This document shows, piece by piece, positions 26,887-39,312 of a DNA stretch of 64,000 nt. A model generated the notes under the pieces. The model did not search any database, was not told the origin of the DNA, and saw nothing but the letters and a program-made list of their open reading frames with translations. The stretch comes from the human T2T-CHM13v2.0 reference genome, Homo sapiens: NCBI RefSeq assembly GCF_009914755.1, contig NC_060934.1, one strand, 5' to 3'. The position numbers and the translations under genes are program-made. Numbering within the stretch: the stretch's first letter is position 1; each line of letters starts with the position of its first letter.

Positions 26887-29149
26887 TCTTGTGGTTAGAA
26901 CTATTACATTATTATCTAACCAGCACCTCTCTAGGGATCAAAGATAGGAGTCCAGACCACTTTTCCCACTAGTTTTAAAGCTTAATTTTCTTCTAAGAAA
27001 CCAGAGGGATTGCTTACTGAACCAGATGTCAACAGGGATCTCCACATTTCAGTTGAAATATTCTGCCATGAAATTTGGGGTTTTAGGAGGTAACACCATT
27101 ACAGTCCTGGGGAAACCTTGGCAGTTTGAATGTGACCTTTCATTTTTGTTGTTGTGCGACTCCTCTGAAAGAAAGACTGCAGAGGAGAGAATGAGCTCCA
27201 TGTTTAATAGCTTGCTTCTGGGAAGAACTTGAAACATCTTTGTGGTCCTCCAAAGAAGACTAAAATGGTGCTCCTAGTCCTTCCTTCTGCCTGCATTTTG
27301 GAGATGAAAGCCAGGTTTTTTAAAACAAAGATGAGTATTTATTAAAGACAGTTATTTTCACTCACCAGCTTTTGGGGGAATTGCACTCATTCCTTTAGAA
27401 ATTTGCTAAGTTTCCCAGGCAAAGAGGGTGTGTCCTTGCCAAGAAGACACGGAACGCTCTTTAGCCCTGGTGGTTGCTCCCTATTGTCTCAGACAAAGTA
27501 CGGTTTCATGTTGTAACCATTATTTCATGTACCTTACAGCCAATAAAATAATCACAGAGATGATTTGGTCTCAGTGCTTAAGTCATAAAGCCTCTCTGCC
27601 ATCAGAGATGGAGGTTTAATTGTGAGTGACGTTGGATGAGAACCTGGTTCTGGGCTGTATCGGAGTTATCCAGCTGTTCTTTCATCACACATCCAGAAAG
27701 CCAGTCATACTTTTCTCCAGCTCATCTGTGCATTCTTGATCCTGCCTCTAACATTTTATTTCGAATTCCCCTGATAGCCTCAGTGAAGGTTCCCAGCAGA
27801 GATTGATTGCAGGGCATGACCCAAATTTGTAACTGGCCACAAAACGCTGTAAAACAAAGTTCACCGAATACCTTCCAGCTGATTGTAAGTGATTTTTGAA
27901 AACGATCTGGTTGTGTTTTTCTTCTTTTTTCCACATAAAATGTCTGAAAAGAGGGACTTTTCGCCAAGCTCTGATTTTTGTAACATCATCTATAAAGCCT
28001 GACAATACGGACCGCATGGAACTAACTGCAGGTGGTGGCAGCAGCCCGGCCTCGCTAGTGGAGTTTTGTTTGATGGGACATGACTATTTAACAGAATGAG
28101 AGCAGAGGGTAGGTGTCCTGGTAAGGGAGGATGAAGATCTGGGTAACAGCAACTCTTGGGAAATTCCTTAGTGTTCCTAGTGGGTCTTTTCTTCATTTGT
28201 AAAATGAAGAAGAGCATTAGTCAAGCTCTGTCTTTGCAGAACCCCAGATCTTTCCTGAAAATGGAATAAGAGAGGTTACTCCAGAGATGCAAAATATAAT
28301 TAAGTTACTTGAGAGAAGCTTCTCAATTTTAAGCTTTTGCTCACACATGTCTCATACTTTTGACACCTGCTACTAGCTAAAAATGAATAAGCATCAAGTA
28401 CGCTAAAGAAAAAATTAAGAACTGTGGTCTTAAAGAAAGAATTTACCTTCTCTGGTGTCCTGAATACATGTAATTTGGTCATATTTTTATCAATAAAATA
28501 GTTCCTGGTTCATACCATGGAATGAAATGCATCAGAAAGTATTTGCTGTAGACTCAGGCATGTCTGGGCCTGCTGGGAGGCCAGTGGATTGTTCCCTCTC
28601 AGTGGATTGTTCTATCTCCGTGAGGAAGTGAGGAGCTGCCTGGTTAAGAGCTTGTCCTAGTGAGAGCCATGAATTAGGACCAATGGAGCAGTGCTGGGGT
28701 AGGAGGGGGGTTCTCTCATTTAGACAGCCTTTTCATTTTGCCCCCAAGCCTTATCCCTGTGTCCCCAGACATGGGACCTCTGTGGATGCTAACAGAGAAG
28801 GCACTGATCACACAAGACATCAGTGGCCTTGGTGCTAATGGCTTCAGTAGCCTCAGGAGAATGGGTCATTGGTACCATTGGTATCACCCTTAGCATCAGT
28901 GGCATTGGTACAGACTCTGGCTGTGTTCAGTGGGCTGGGGCATTGACACTGATACCCTCGCATCAAATACCATCAAGATCCATGATACCATCCCAGGACC
29001 ATGAGTACTGGAAGTTACACTGAGCATCCCATGGGAGCCAGCAGTAGTGTTGATTTCATAGGGCCACGGGCAGCAGGGCAGCCTGAGAGATATGTGAGCC
29101 ACCCGTTGTGATGTGGCCTGGGCTGGGAGCACAGAGAAGCCATCAGTCA

Positions 29150-29350
29150 TTTCATCCTTTTGGCAAAAGGGAGCCATTGAGAGTTTTTGAAGGAGGGACT
29201 CTTGGTCAGAATTGGACTTCAGGATGATGCTCTGGCTTGGTAGGGGGCAGGTTGAACAGAGGGGCAAGGGAAGATAAAGGCAGGGAGACCAATTAGGGGG
29301 CTACTTACAATAGTCCACTTCAGAGATTCATACTAAGGGCCTGAGCAAGG
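29150..29350 (-). mobile_element. L2 fragment
   Basis: gggagccattgagagtttttga...ggcagggagaccaattagggggctact. Confidence 0.7.
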
Positions 29351-29944
29351 CTGAGCCTTAAGGGGGTCATAGCAAAACTGGGGCAGGCACCACATCCAGC
29401 TGAAGGGATGTCTTACCGATCCCCAAGGGGCATCTTGACATCAAGTGAGTTTGGGACTCCTGCTCCCTGGGTTTGTGCCACACATCTGGTGACACAAGCC
29501 AGAACCAACTGGACAGGCATTAAAGAACCTAGTGAACCCACTGCTACAAACCCAAGCCATTGTCCTCACCTCAGTGCCAAGCTGCCTGCTCTTTGGGGCT
29601 GCTTTAGATTAAAAGGGATAAAAGATGGGGCAGAAATGGCCTGTAATCCATGGGCAGTAGAGTGCTCTGGTCTCCTGGGGAAACAGTGGGATCTTCTTTG
29701 GGTGTATGAGGTGCCAGAACCAGGATGGCAACGAGGGATCTAGCTCCTGTGCAAACATTGCCTTCCCTTCAACTGGAAGTAATCAAGAGCTAGGCTTAGC
29801 TTGAGCTGCTTTTCCTAGAGCTATGCATGTAAATGTTGACACAATCCCAAATGATCCCATTTCTTTATTTTCCCTTTTATATTGGGACAAAGGATTATTT
29901 TTCTGGCATCCAGAGGATGAAAAATGAGGATAAAAAAATGGAAG

Positions 29945-30420
29945 CCTATTGTTTAGTAGAAAGAGACCTGGGCAGATAGGGAGCCAGGAGCCCTGAGCCC
30001 TGTTCCTGGCCCTGCTCGTGACTCACTGCATTGACTTAGACATTTATTTGCTCATTTGTACAATGAGAAGTTTGGACTTGGTGATTATGAAGGCCTCTTC
30101 CAGGCTACATGCTCTGAGTTTTAGCTTCATGAGAAGCAGATCCCCTGCTTCTGGTTAAGGAGAAATGTCTTGACCATTTCTGGTCTCTTTAGTGAGAAAA
30201 TATGAGTAGAGGTTGAGAGCTCAGGCTTTGGGTTTGGAACTTGACTCTACAACAAACAAGTTGGGGCCTTGGGCAAGTTCTTTAACCTGTCTGACCTTCA
30301 GGGTCCTCTTCTGTAAAATTGGCCCCAAATACATACTTTGGGGTTAAGATAAGGTTTCCATAGATAATGCTTTGAACACAGGGCATGGCATACATGAAGC
30401 CCACAATGAATGATGGTGGC
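29945..30420 (+). mobile_element. Two tandem MIR-family fragments
   Basis: ctcatttgtacaatgagaagtttggac (MIR3-like) and ccttgggcaagttctttaacctgtctg...ggcatggcatacat. Confidence 0.65.
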
Positions 30421-30728
30421 TGGCGTTGGTGTTGTTGTTGAAAGGACTAAATGTGGGACAAGGCATCCTGATGCCTGACGCGGGATCCGGAGGGGGTTAC
30501 TGACACCTCCTGTGTCTACACCTTTCCCTGTGAAGTTGGGTCTTCATCTGCCAGACAGTCTCCTTTGTCCTCTGCAAGTTGAGGCTCACCAAGGGGAGAA
30601 CTGCAGAGTTCTCAGGCAGGAAAAATATACCACTTTCTTTTTATGTTAAAGATCCAGTCAATGGGCAATGCATAATATCAGAAAATACAGACAAGTAAAA
30701 GTCCAGACATGAAGAAAGCATATTTCCA

Positions 30729-31219
30729 CGGTGGTAGGCCAAACAATGCCTCCTTCCCCCATTCCCAGAAGATATCCATTTCCTAATCCCCAGAACCTGT
30801 GAATATGTTACCTTATATGGTAAAAGGGACTCTAAAAACATGATTAAGTTAATGATCTCGAGATAGGGAGATTATCCAGGATTACCTTGTGGGCTGAATG
30901 TAATCACAGGGGTGCATATAAGAGGGAGCCAGGAGGGTCAGTGTCAGAGAAAGTGAGGTGATGATGGAAGCAGAGGGAGAGATGGGTGTGTGATGACAGA
31001 GCAGAGGTCAGAGTGATTTGGAGCTGTGAGCCAAGGAATGCAGGTGGTCTTTAGAAGGTAGAAAACATAAGAAAATGGAGTCTCCCCTGGAACTTCCAGA
31101 AGAGGCCCAGTGAAACTTTTTTCAGACTTCTGACTTTCGGAACCAGAAGATAAATTTGTGTTGTTTTAAGCCACCAAGTTTGCAGTCATTTGTTATATCA
31201 GTAATAGGAAACTAATACA
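30729..31219 (+). mobile_element. MLT1C/D solo LTR
   Basis: cctaatccccagaacctgtgaatatgttaccttatatggtaaaaggg...taaatttgtgttgttttaagccaccaag...ggaaactaataca. Confidence 0.92.
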
Positions 31220-31252
31220 TGCTCCTCCCCCAAACTAATACATGCTCCTCTC

Positions 31253-31972
31253 CAGTTTGGAGATTCCTCAAAAAGCTAAAAATGGAGCTACCATATGATC
31301 CAGCAATCCCACTTCTGTGAATATACTTAAAGGAAATCACTATAGTCAAGAGATATCTGCACTCCCATGTTTCTTGCAGCACTGTTCACAATAGTCAGTA
31401 TTTGGAAGCCACCTAAGTGTCCATCAACAAATGAATGGTTAAAGAAAATGTGGGACATATACACAATAAAGTACTATTCAACCGTAGAAAATAATGAGAT
31501 CCTGTCATTTCAACAACATGGATGAAACTGGAGATCATCACATTAAGTGAAATAAGCCAGGCACAGAAAGACAAACATCACATGTTATTTGTGGGATCTA
31601 AAAACCAAAACGATTGAACTCGTGGATATAAAGAGTAGAAGGATGGTTACCAGAGGCTGGGAAGGGTAGTGGGGAGGTGGGTGGGTGGAGGGGGGCGAGG
31701 GAGCAGGTATGGTTAATGGGTACAAAATAATAATTAGAAAGAATGACCACACAACAGGGTAACAACTTATCATTAATAATAATTGTATATTTAAAAATAA
31801 TTAGGAGTGTAATTGGATTGTTTGTAACACAAAAGATAAATGCTTGCAGGGGTGGATACCCCATTCTCCATGATGTGATTATTTCACATTGTATGCCTGT
31901 ATCAAAACATCTCATGTACCCCACAAATATATACACCTACTATGTATCCACAAAAATCAAAAATAAAAAAAA
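31253..31972 (+). mobile_element. 5'-truncated L1MA (L1MA2/3-like): end of ORF2 plus 3'UTR
   Basis: gagctaccatatgatccagcaatcccacttctg...cctaagtgtccatcaac...ctcatgtaccccacaaatatatacacctactatgta followed by A-rich tail. Confidence 0.93.
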
Positions 31973-32037
31973 CTGCCCCCAGCTGATCCCCAAGTGTCCA
32001 TTACAGGTGCTTGCGCAAACAGCTATATAAAGAAGTA

Positions 32038-32330
32038 TTGCACATTGCATTTAGTTGTTATGGCCTTCGAATCTTTTTAATCTAATACCCTGCTTTTTGA
32101 TGTCACTGACTTGTTGAAGAGGGCAGGCCAGAGGTCCTGTAGGATGTCCTCCAATCAAGATTTGTCTAGTTGACTCCTTGTGGTATTATTAAGCTTGTTC
32201 CTCTATCCCCTGTGTTTCTTGTAAGCTGGATACCATATCTAAAGTCTTGATAGATTCAATTACACACTTTGAGCTAAAATACAGCATAAGTGATGCTATA
32301 TACTTGATGTTGCATCACATAATTTCTAGT
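32038..32330 (-). mobile_element. Old L1M (L1MC5/ME-like) fragment
   Basis: cacattgcatttagttgtta...cttgttcctctatcccctgtgtttcttgtaagctgg. Confidence 0.65.
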
Positions 32331-33073
32331 TGACCTACCAGACTATTTGCTTTTCTAAAGACTGTCCTTAGGACCAAAACACCAGGTGTTATGTGAGGTT
32401 CAGAGGTATCAGGAGAATGAGTGACTCACTTTGATTTGGGGTGACCCAAGTCCTATTAAGAAATACAGCCTACAGAAACCACTACATTCAGGGCAACTGG
32501 TTTGCCAGCCTAATGGAGCAGAGTCACAACTCAACTCCAAGGGAGGGCAAACAACAGGAAGAAAACTTGCAGACCACATTCAGGCTCATAAATTACTGTG
32601 AATGAGCTTGAAGAAAACAAGCAGGTTCAATTTCAGCAGACCTTTCCCAACTGGGTGTACCAACATCTGACTGTTTAGACATCATTAAAATACATTGCAC
32701 CTAATATGTTTACCCACAGTCATCTCTATTACCTGGGCAGGTCATTCATCAGCTTGTCAATTTAAATGGATTTCTATATGTAAGTGACTCCCTAATGTGC
32801 TGAGAACTTTTGAGGGGAAACTTGTAGTACCAGCATATTAGAAAAATGCAAACTATGCAAAGTCTTGTTTGAGGGAGCATCCCTATTCAAATCAAATGAG
32901 GGACAATGATATTTTCTGTCCGAACTCCTATTTCTGTTTTAAGCTATTGTCATTATTATTACTAACAACAATAATAAAAGCATCATAAGGGGTTTATAGA
33001 CAAAACTTCTTTAGGTGAAAATTGTGAAATTAACATTAATTTCTTGGCCTATGGTTGAACTATTGCATTTTAA

Positions 33074-33074
<1 letters not shown>

Positions 33075-33104
<30 letters not shown>
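33075..33104. repeat. (TG)15 microsatellite
   Basis: Perfect dinucleotide run. Confidence 0.98.
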
Positions 33105-33109
<5 letters not shown>

Positions 33110-33327
33110 CCTGCATCCTATCCAAACATTTCTCTCACATAATTAAATGTGTTGATGACATCACAGAAACTGAGCCAATCTTTTGGTTTATATCACTTTC
33201 AGGAGATTTTAACTCTAATTCGAGTTTTCCAAAGTCTGACCAAATCTGAGGTGCTCTCAGCAGGAATATAGTATTTCGAGGGCTCATTGTAATGCGTAAT
33301 GAGAAACTCTTTGTGTGCAGTGTGCCT

Positions 33328-33328
<1 letters not shown>

Positions 33329-33384
<56 letters not shown>
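33329..33384. repeat. (CT)28 microsatellite
   Basis: Perfect 56-bp polypyrimidine dinucleotide run. Confidence 0.98.
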
Positions 33385-33390
<6 letters not shown>

Positions 33391-35079
33391 CTCTCTTTCC
33401 TCAGCCCCAAAGCCTAAAATTTAGATGGGTCTTAGTCAGAAACTTGTAGCATAAAAAAGCATGCTTTTGGCAGAGTCCACGAAACAATAATGCTATGTAT
33501 TTTACCATTGGGGAAAAAAGACAGAAGGAGGAAACTTTGGAAATTAAAGATATAAGCAGAATGAAATTAACCAAAGAATGCTGGATAGATTTTTTTTTAA
33601 AACAAACTTTCTAAAAAACACTGGGAGACAGCATAATCTTCAAATCACAGCACTGCTCTTTAGCATGAATTAAAGATGTGGTGAGTCTATGAATGGACAT
33701 GGCTTGCTTAATGAGAACACCAGATGCCCACATTTAGGAAATGTAAAGAAAGCGAAACCCTTGTAAAATTTTATATATTATCCCTTTCACCAAAATATGA
33801 AAAACAGATTAGAGGGAGAAAGGAAAATTTCTTCTATAAATACATTTGAAGAAACACTGGACCAAAGGAGACGCTTGTTTAAATACAACGTTCAAGAGAG
33901 AAAAATCGTCAAATAAACAAGAATCCTCACTTTCAACAGGGCAGCTCAAACATTTTGGGTCGCCAGGCTCTAAAGCAGGATTGCCTTCCACCCTTCCCTT
34001 GGAGAGTGCCTTTCTGAACTCAATCTTCTTTGGCAATCACAAATGTTAGGAATAATAAATAAAAGAAGCTGTAGATCTGGAGCCTTCTTGCAAAGACATG
34101 CAGACATTATAAAGACATTTTAATCAAGTGTCTATTGAAATCTATAGGTTTACGTTTGGCCTAGGTCTTTGAATTACTTGTTGCTTTTCTTAGCATGCTT
34201 TTTTCCTTCCTTCTCCTTTCAATGCAGCTTGGATCCTTGCAGCTCTCAAATCATAGACAATTTGCCATTTGCAGGGTTGTCATTGAACTATGGAGAAAAA
34301 CACACCCTCAGGCTAGAGACCCCTCTCTGAAAGGTCTGGCTGAAAATCTGAGCCTGTGGAGCATGTTCCTGCTACCTTCAGCAACAAGGACTCTAACTGC
34401 ATAAGGGGAGAAAACACCTTTAATTCATGCTCGATGGTTTTAAGAAAATTAATGCTCTCTGTTCTTGGAAAAAACAAAATAGCACAACATACTGTTTCCC
34501 TTAGTCCCTTAGACTCAGTGATGTTGTTCTTAAGATTCACAAAAGAATTTGAACCTGAAACATCCGGTAGGAAAGTCAGTAGGCTAAAGTGGATGGAGAA
34601 GTTCAGGTCTGGGCACCTGGTATTTTGCATTTAGTCACTTTTACTAGTTGTATTGTCTTGGGCAAGCCATTTGATTACCCAGAGCTTCTGTCTTCTCATG
34701 AGTAAATGGGGATGAGAAGCCTGTCCCTCTAAACCTGTCCTCCTGTGGAGTGCTGTCTGGGTCCTGGGGAAATCTTTCAGAGCCCTCTATTCCTATTCCT
34801 GGCTTGTTCCTCACTGACTTCTGAGTTGGTCCCCTCTAAACCCAACTAGGAACTCAACTTTGGGACCCAGCCAGGGTCCAGGCTGGGCCCTTTGGAAAGG
34901 CGTCCTCTTAGGCTCTCCTGTACCTTGGCACTTGGCTTTCCCTTCAGCTCCGTTTGGCTCTCATCCTGCCTCTCAGCCTCTCCAATTACATCATGTTGGA
35001 ACCATCCACACAGCTGGCACTGGTACCTCCTTCCCACCCCTATTCTGCTACTTGGCAAATTCTAGCCCTCTGGGAAGGT

Positions 35080-35280
35080 AACTTAGTAACTTTAGCTAGC
35101 ATTCATAGTACTGGGTCCTTACGAAGCGCTTTAAGTGTGTTACCTCACTTAATCTCATAAAGCCCTGGGAGGCAGATATTATTATCTCTCCTTCACAGAG
35201 GAAACTGGCATAGAGAGGTTACCCAATCTTCCCAAGGTCCCAGAGCTTGTGAGGGGTGGAACTAGGACTTGACCGTAGAT
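35080..35280 (-). mobile_element. MIR (split by MER58B)
   Basis: cacagaggaaactggcatagagaggttacccaatcttcccaaggtccc; continues after 35607. Confidence 0.8.
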
Positions 35281-35606
35281 CAGCGGTCAGCAAAGGGTCA
35301 GACAGTAAGCATGTTAGGCTTGGTGGGCTGATTGGTCTCTGTCATAGGAACTCAACTCTGCCACTGTGGCGCAGAAACAGTGCCACACAATATGTAAACA
35401 AATGGGCAGGGCTATGTCTCAATCAAACTTTGTTTATAGGCATTGCAATTTGAATTTCATATAATGTGCATGGGTCACAACATATGACTACTCTCTTGAT
35501 TTTCTAAAATCACTTAAGATTATAAAAACCATTCTCAGCTCCCAGGTCACACAAACATAGGTGGTGTACTGGATTTGGCCCATGGGCCATAGTTTGCCAA
35601 TTCCTG
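35281..35606 (+). mobile_element. MER58B hAT-Charlie DNA transposon
   Basis: TIR-like ends cagcggtcagcaaa... / ...tttgccaattcctg; internal ctcaactctgccactgtggc and ggatttggcccatgggccatagtttgcc. Confidence 0.85.
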
Positions 35607-35984
35607 ACCTAGGCTGTCATTTCTAGAGCTCATGGCCTTCACTGCCAAGTATTATCATCCCCTTTTACAGATGAGGAAACCGAGCTCAAGCAGAGATAGT
35701 AAGGAGAGGGTGATCCAAACGCAGGCATTTGGACTCCAGGGTCTGGAGTTTACCTCCAAATAATGGCAAGAGAATGAGGGGTTGCTCTACCTGCTTTTTT
35801 GAAGAAAAATGAGATCATGAAGATCCGATGAGATCATGCACCTGACACGCATAAAAAATGCACGTGATAGTTTTTTTAAATGTATAAAAGCTCTTATAAA
35901 CTGTACAATATAAGCAACTGAGATTAGGCTAGCTTCTAAAAACAAATCTCCTAGTGGAAAGTGTGTTAATAGTTTTTATTTATT

Positions 35985-36450
35985 TTACAAACATTTATTT
36001 AGTACCTAGTTTATGCCGAGTATACTGGGCTCTAGTAGCTATGAAGATGGTGGGTAAGAGAACTTAGTTTAGTGGGAGAAGAGGGACATTCTTGTAGATG
36101 ACTAGGACCCAGATGGTTAACTGCTACCAGGAATGGGGTGCTGGTGATAGACCCACAGTTGGGGACACAAGGGAAGGTGCACTGAGGGGTGCCATGCATG
36201 GATGCTGGGAGTTTCGAGGTAAAGGGAGAAAAGACTTTCAGGCCGAGGGAGGATCCTGTGCAAAGGCACGGAGGCATGAAAGATCAACGTGGCTGTAGTG
36301 TAAGAGGTCAGGGACGGAGGCATGAAAGATCAGCGTGGCTGTAGTGTAAGAGGTCAGGGTATGAGTGGTAGAAATGAGGGTAGGAGGAAGGTAAGGTGGC
36401 TGAACAAGGAACTTATGGTCAATGCTAAGGCCCTAGACCTGATCCCTTGG
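35985..36450 (-). mobile_element. L2 3' fragment containing a 46-bp tandem duplication
   Basis: caaacatttattagtacctag start; tgtgcaaaggcacggaggcatgaaag L2 motif. Confidence 0.75.
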
Positions 36451-36647
36451 GAGCCAGGATGTGTACTGGGAGTACTCAAAACTAGGAGGTATACTAAGGA
36501 CAGCCCAATGCCATAAAATAAAGATGAGGCTGCTTTCCCTGAGCATTCATTTTAATTAAAGATTAGATTGAAATAGTTGTTTTTAAGTGAAAGTAAACAA
36601 GAATATATTGAATATAATGCAAAGTCCCTATTAAAATTAGCTATAAA

Positions 36648-36920
36648 GGGAGGCCGAGGTGGGCAGATCACGAGGTCAGGAGATCGAGACCATCCTGGCT
36701 AACACGGTGAAATCCCATCTCCACTAAAAATATGAAAAATTAGCCAGGCGTGGTAGCAGGTGCCTGTAGTCCCAGCTACTCAGGAGGCTGAGGCAGGAAA
36801 ATGGTGTGAACCTGGGAGGCGGAGCTTGTAGTGAGCCAAGATCGCTCCACTGCACTCCAGCCTGGGTGACAGAGCAAGACTCCGTCTCAAAAAATAAAAA
36901 TAAAAATAAAAATAAATAAA
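36648..36920 (+). mobile_element. 5'-truncated AluY with (AAAAT)n tail
   Basis: gagatcgagaccatcctggctaacacgg and ggagcttg Y diagnostics; starts at gggaggccgagg; TSD aaaattagctataaa (36633-36647) / aaaattagatatgaa (36918-36932). Confidence 0.95.
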
Positions 36921-37259
36921 ATTAGATATGAAGCATGAGATTTCAAATAGATTCAAAATAGACCACTTTAGGTCCCACCCCACACCTCCACAACCTTCCT
37001 GTTAGAGAGGATAAGGTGGAAAGTCCTGAGAGGCAAGTGTTGGGGGATCAGAAGACACTGAAAGTTAACAGGATAGTGACATAATTGGATTTGTGTTGTA
37101 GGGTTATAATGCTTGTGGTGGCTAGGAGGAAAACTGGGAAGGGAGATATCATGGGCTTGGAGATCAGTTAGGAAGCTCCCAGAAACTCGGGAAGGAGCGG
37201 GACTGAATAGCCTATTATAGGAGGAGTTTGATTTTGTCACTAAGTGTACGTTCTTGTTC

Positions 37260-37490
37260 CATCAAGAAACAATGAAAAGAGAAAGAATTTGCTTGGGAGT
37301 CAAAAGACCAAGATTCGAACCCCTGATTTTGACTAGCTGTGTGACCTGGGGTAATGCACTCAGTCTCTCTGAACTTCATTTTATCTTCCCAATGAGAAGA
37401 ACTATACCTCTCTTGCCTACTTCTGAGAGCCTTTGTTCGGATCGTCTAAGATAATATCTATGAGAGCTCTTCGTAAAGGGCTTGAACATC
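37260..37490 (+). mobile_element. MIR
   Basis: ggagtcaaaagaccaagattcgaacccctg...ctagctgtgtgacctgggg. Confidence 0.8.
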
Positions 37491-39022
37491 ACTGGTGAGT
37501 TTCTAGGTAACAAAAGGCCAGAGCTCTTTCTGCTTGGTGACCTCTCCAAGAAAAGGCAATTGCTATTTTTTCCCCCTTCTTCAGCTGTTGGAGTTGCGGA
37601 TCAATTGCAACCAGGCTAAACAAAAAAAGGTAGTCATACATGATCAGCAAAATGGTCCAAATGATGTCATCCATCAAGATAGACATCGCAATTTGCCAAC
37701 TATTTTCTCGTAAATCAAACCATTGTCCCTCAAGGAAGAGGGGCAGGGCTGGAGGAGCCAGCATGGCAGCCCTTATCAGCAGACCAGACGCAGGGAAGCG
37801 CTCCCTTAAGGATACAGTAATTATTTTCACTTGATGGGAAATAAAGAGGGGCACCATGGGAGGGAGCGCTGGAGAGTGTCTGCCTCACTTCATTACTACT
37901 CCCCAGGCATAGGACACAACATATGCTTTTCATTGGGAAGCCAATAATTTTGAATCGTGGGACAGGTGAAAACTTAAATGACATTTGCAAACCTTGATTT
38001 ATTTCTCTGCTTAACTCTGGAACATGCTTTAGACTCAGCTCTATAAGTTTCCATAGATTAGTGGTCAATGTCAAGTATTTTCAATGACATACTCAAGCGT
38101 TTCCTGTCCCTATCAGTTAATTAAATATTTTCAGTACTAATCTCTTCTTATTGAAATGGTTTCCCTTCTTTTGGTTATGGGTTTGGAAAACAACGATATG
38201 AAGCATGTGCTTTATTGAAAACAAAATAACAAAAATAAAAAAGAATACTTTTTCCCCCACGTGCTATTTTACTCGCTGGAAATCTCATTAAAAGTTATTT
38301 ATGAGCTGTTAGGGATCCCATAAGGATTACACCTAATTCAGTCTGTAAAGCTTTTGAGTTTCTTTTACATGAAGGACCTCCTTCCCCATTATTCTACTTT
38401 CGTTTGCACCCAAATAAATACTGGAGATTAACTTTTTGGCAGAAGAGGGTCCTCAGTCCCTAACCTCACATCACCCAGGCAAAGTTTAGACCTTCCTCCC
38501 CTTTCTGCTGGACCCACTCTGATATGACCAGGGTAAGAGGTCAAACTTGTGGCAATGGATAAATTATCATTTTTATTATTTTAAATGTTTACTGAAGATA
38601 GAGGGGCCGTAGGTATCATTTACCTCCCTGGGATTTGTAATCTTTGCGATTAGCCATGTAGTTAGTCCTAATTGACTATCTGATTTTCTTCTACACCTCC
38701 TCCCCCAATTCCCTCTGAAATAAGAAAACTGAATTTTATCAGAATGAGTAATTTCACAGTTCCTTTATAGGGCCTGTATGCCTGTTATTTGCTGTTTCTT
38801 AGAACTTGTTCTCAGGTAGCAAAGACTGAACTGCTAATGTAAGTGACTTTTGTCCTTCTAGTCTCTTTAATAAAATATTCCCCATACAAATGTGTTTAAT
38901 TTCCAAAGTATCTGCTTTGTATTCATATTTCCAAAACACGGAGAAGAATGTAGTCACTCAAGTAGCCAAATATTCAAAATTAGATTTTGGCAGTTAGAAA
39001 ATTGGCAGAAACATTTAGAAGT

Positions 39023-39312
39023 AGCCGGGTGCGGTGGCTCACGCGTGTAATCCCAGCACTTTGGGAGGCCGAGACGGGCGGATCACGAGGTCAGGAGATC
39101 GAGACCATCCTGGCTAACACGGTGAAACCTCGTCTCTACTAAAAATACAAAAAAATTAGCAGGGTGTGGTAGAGGGCGCCTGTAGAGGCTGAGGCAGGAG
39201 AATGGCGTGAACCTGGGAGGCGGAGCTTGCAGTGAGCTGAGATCGCGCCACTTGCACTCCAGCCTGGGTGACAGAGCAAGACTCCGCCTAAAAAAAAAAA
39301 AAAAAAAAAAAA
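39023..39312 (+). mobile_element. AluY with 15-bp internal deletion
   Basis: Y diagnostics, many CpGs intact, pure A tail, TSD ttagaagta at 39015-39023 and 39313-39321; tcccagctactcggg missing at 39185/39186. Confidence 0.97.

Noticed and set aside
31659-31702. G-rich G4-like tract
   Set aside because: Ordinary G-rich segment of the L1 3'UTR
33135-33410. Arg/Glu-repeat ORF
   Set aside because: Translation of (GA)28
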